DNA of 63,327 bases, filler included, from Catajapyx aquilonaris (lineage: Eukaryota), in NCBI GenBank assembly GCA_000934665.2. It is 4 parts of 4 records of this genome, joined end to end, with 100 filler letters (N's around TTAATTAATTAA, not from the genome) between each part and the next. Parts side by side here need not be neighbours in the genome. Positions count along the whole stretch, not along the records: positions 47,595 to 63,327 come from JYFJ02007414.1; 3 more parts are not named here. One strand, written 5' to 3'. Below are positions 60,121 through 63,327 of the stretch, in pieces. Both the position numbers and the translations under genes were made by a program. Each line of letters starts with the position of its first letter. Positions within the stretch are counted from its first letter, which is position 1. The notes below the pieces were generated by a model. The model was given only the letters and a program-made list of their open reading frames with translations. It made no database searches and had not been told where the DNA came from.

Positions 60121-61030
60121 CGAGGTGTGATCGAAAAGTTCCCGGACTGTGTTCATAAAAACATTAATATTTACTTTAAGTCCTAATTTCCACTGCCACC
60201 TTCAAAGTAGTTACTTTGGGCACATATACAACAATTCCAGCGAATTTCCCATTTTTGGAAGCACAAAAAAAAAAAATTGTCCACAGTAGTGTGTTCAACA
60301 ACTGCTGCGATTTTGCTTAGATGGAGTCAAAATGCCTCCTTTTCTACCCAAATTTCATTTTAGGGAAGAGGTAGAAATCTCATGGTGCCAGGACAAACGA
60401 ACAGTCAGGGTGGGGAACAGTGGTCATGTTATTTTTTTATCAGGAAGTCCCTGACTACGCGTGAGGTGTGTGCAGGCGGCATTGTCATGGTGCAGCAAGC
60501 CAGCAACCAGTCTCTGTTCTTCCATATCCCCGGCCAATTGAGCCTAAATCGTCTCAAACCATCGCAGTAAGACTTGCCGTTGACAGTTTTACCAGGAGGG
60601 AGAAACTCTATATGCCCAATTCCTAAAATGTAAAAGAAAATGATCAGCATTGAGTTGATTTTGCCGCGCACTTGGCGAGCCACCTTTGAAGCTGTTAAAC
60701 CACTCATATGTTATTGCTTGTCTTACAACTTGTTCATCAAAAGCCTTGTTCACCATTCGGTAGGTTGCATCCGAAGTTTTGCTGAGCTAGAAGCAAAATT
60801 TAATGCAAATCTTTTGCTCCCTAACGTCAGCCATTTCGAAAAATCGCAGAAGCACAACAACACGGTGTCAAGAAAACTGCCGAAACTCGGAAACATGTGC
60901 ACCTATGAAGACGAGATTTTTCAGACTATTAGATGAAAGGTGCACCTAGCGCCCCCTAACGTCACAAGTTCGTAGCTCCACTGGTTTGCACGGTATATCG
61001 ACAGTCCGGGAACTTTTTGATCACACCTCG
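60121..61030 (-). mobile_element. Internally deleted mariner element (910 bp) with both TIRs
   Basis: TA|CGAGGTGTGATCGAAAAGTTCCCGGACTGT ... ACAGTCCGGGAACTTTTTGATCACACCTCG|TA; remnant SMLIIFF...HIEFLPPGKTVNG...AHTSRVVRDFL. Confidence 0.9.
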
Positions 61031-62605
61031 TAACCTCTTTATTCGCAGTTAACAGAAGCGAAAGAAAGCAGCTTGATGGTCTCATAATAAATACGGGAGC
61101 AAAGAAACAATGGAAAACGAGAATGTTGGTGGGGAGTGGGGGATGGTGGTATGGGATCGAAAAAAGGGGGGTAAAGGGGCCGGGGGGAATCAAGGTAGAA
61201 GGGATTTCGAGCTGGCAGAGCGGCTCCCGGCAAATGCGCGCGGCCAAAATTCGGATGTTTCTGTCGCTCATATCTCGGAAACGGCTGGACGTTGCGAGCT
61301 ACAACTTTCACCACTGTGTCTATCGCACATGAATGACCCCTCAAGCAAGTTTCAACCAAATCGGAGGTATCCGACCTTGACCGTTCCCTTTTTAGATACA
61401 TACTGCCTATTTCTGTTTAAACAACCTTTCCTTAAATGTGAAGTTTGTGCTTCAAAAAAATTGACAGTTAGGCATAAACTGAGTGTCATGTCGTGTAAGT
61501 CACGCATGGAATTAGCCTTATACAAAAAACGATTAAATTTTCAAAATTGCTACTTCGGGAAAATATTTATTTGAAGTGTCCATATTGTAGGACAATGACG
61601 AAAGTTGTCACTTTACAAAAATTTATATCTCCGGTATAAAAAATATATACCGGGTTTTGACACTTCATTTTATAACATGTCCGTCCTTGTAAAAAAAATT
61701 AACAAAAAATTAAAAATGGCTCTTTTGAGAAAATAATTTTTGAAATATTCATGTTTTCGCTTGTTGCCATATTTTCACCTCGCATATCTGAACCACACGC
61801 GGAGCTAACAAAGGTTTTATTTCATAGCCTGGGGGGGGGGGGGNGGGGGGGGGGGGGTCACCGAGTATATCACAAAATATAATCAGCACAACCGTCACGT
61901 TTACCATAACGGCGTAATAAATTGCGAAATATACGCATTTTGACCACAATATGCAAGATTGGAGATTTTTTTGCAGGTGAACAGTTCCCGAATATACTCA
62001 TTGAAAGCAATGGAGAAAGTGCATCTTCCCGTGATTTTGGTACCCCTTAAAAGAAATGTCAATATCTCGATAACTAAATTTAATCTCATAAATCTGATTC
62101 CTCCATAAGAGTTCAATTCCATGTGGGTTTCACATACCGTCAAGCGGGGTTACTTAGGCCGGGTGGGTAACTTAAGCCATTTTGCTACGTAAATTTCGGA
62201 CACTGATTTTGGCAACACTGTTTTGAGTTGAAATGTTATTTTTTATGACACAAGTTCCATATTTAAGTGCAGTTTTGGACTGCATATTTGAATATTGTGT
62301 TTGTGTCATGGGTAACTTTGTAAAGTCTTAATTATGTTTAGGATAATTGCATCATAAATTTATACCCTACGTAACTTTCATCGCCAACATCTTCTGGTTG
62401 AATTTAATTCGCTATGAAGATGATGAAACATAACCTGAAACAGTCCTTTTAAGGTAGGTATACTGCATAGCTTGAATTTTTCATTTTGGTGGAATATATA
62501 CTTAAAAATTAATTGTTGCGTCATGTAGGGGGTAACATAGGCCACCTGGCCACGTAGTTCCAAGCCTGGCAGGAAGTGGGGGGATTAGCTTCTGGGGGTC
62601 AGGAG

Positions 62606-63074
62606 TAGGGCTGTGCGATATTTCGATACATCGACTGTCGATACGATATTTTCCTAATGCGATATCCGACGCTTGGCGTGTGCGATATATCGAATATCGC
62701 GATGTCGGTTTTCGATATTTTTTGATGTCGGTTCGATATCGGTTTTCCCAATGAGGTATAATCTCGTACGCTACTCGTTGAATCCCCTAAAATCCCTCCT
62801 GAATCCACTGAATCCACCTATAATCCCATAATCTCCTCAAATCATCTAAAATCCCACTATAATCTACAAATCACCCTCCAATCCGCTCGAATCACTAAAT
62901 ATGAAACTCCCCCTAGAGCTCCCCAGAACTCCCCCTTCCTCCTGCCCCTCGTTCTTCCTCCTTTCTTTGCTGTTTCGGCTTTCCCAAGGGCTTTCCGCTC
63001 CTTTTCGAGCTATACTTTCTAGAGATGACACTTTTTGATGAAAAATCGATATGACGATATATCGATATGCCCTA
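62606..63074. mobile_element. Probable hAT-type non-autonomous element with many CGATAT subterminal repeats
   Basis: Starts TAGGGCTGTGCGATAT; clustered CGATAT/ATATCG motifs at 62615-62740 and 63045-63085. No matching TSD was seen, so the right end is uncertain. Confidence 0.45.
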
Positions 63075-63327
63075 CATATCGATATGGCCGACGTGCTGCC
63101 ACCTATAACTTAATTTTGAAACCTTTGGAGTTTATTGCGTTTTGTTTGGTTTTGTTGAAAGTTTTGTTTGAATACCGCACATTTAGTTAATGGGTGGTTC
63201 CATTTCAAATCAGGCCAGATCCAGAAAAGTTGTCAGGGCTTGGTCTCCGATTATTACGGAAAAATTACACGAAGTACCGCTGTCGAAATGATGACGAATG
63301 ACACTGGCTATTTTTCAGTGTCATTTT

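Noticed and set aside
61039..61574. ORFs of 116-154 aa as genes
   Set aside because: Low-complexity, repeat-like sequence with no domain motifs or splice structure.

Overview
Eukaryotic, repeat-dense genomic DNA, most likely from an arthropod (intronless divergent ionotropic receptor, short 60-90 nt GT-AG introns, tRNA-derived SINEs, mariner/hAT/Harbinger MITEs). It consists of four contig pieces joined by identical 100-nt artificial linkers (44N-TTAATTAATTAA-44N). Genes recognised by manual splicing: the 3' exons of a divergent Myc-like bHLH-ZIP gene (4850-5596,+); a decayed Mitf/TFE bHLH-ZIP gene not visible in the ORF track (about 7930-9716,+); a multi-exon GANP/MCM3AP (xmas-2) copy with a frameshift and a premature stop (10500-15466,-); a Mis12-like kinetochore gene with a probably damaged first exon (29135-30972,-); a PIG-H remnant (33640-34742,+); a 7-exon gene with an unassigned, possibly SLX4IP-like N-terminal domain and a decaying C2H2 zinc-finger array (35669-48434,+); and one intact single-exon ionotropic receptor (56605-58629,+). 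The most notable pattern is a cluster of normally single-copy genes that keep their introns but are decaying, buried in deeply nested transposons. This is what a degenerating duplicated or non-recombining chromosome segment would look like. No CRISPR array or prokaryotic system is present. All family assignments are motif recognition by eye, not database searches.
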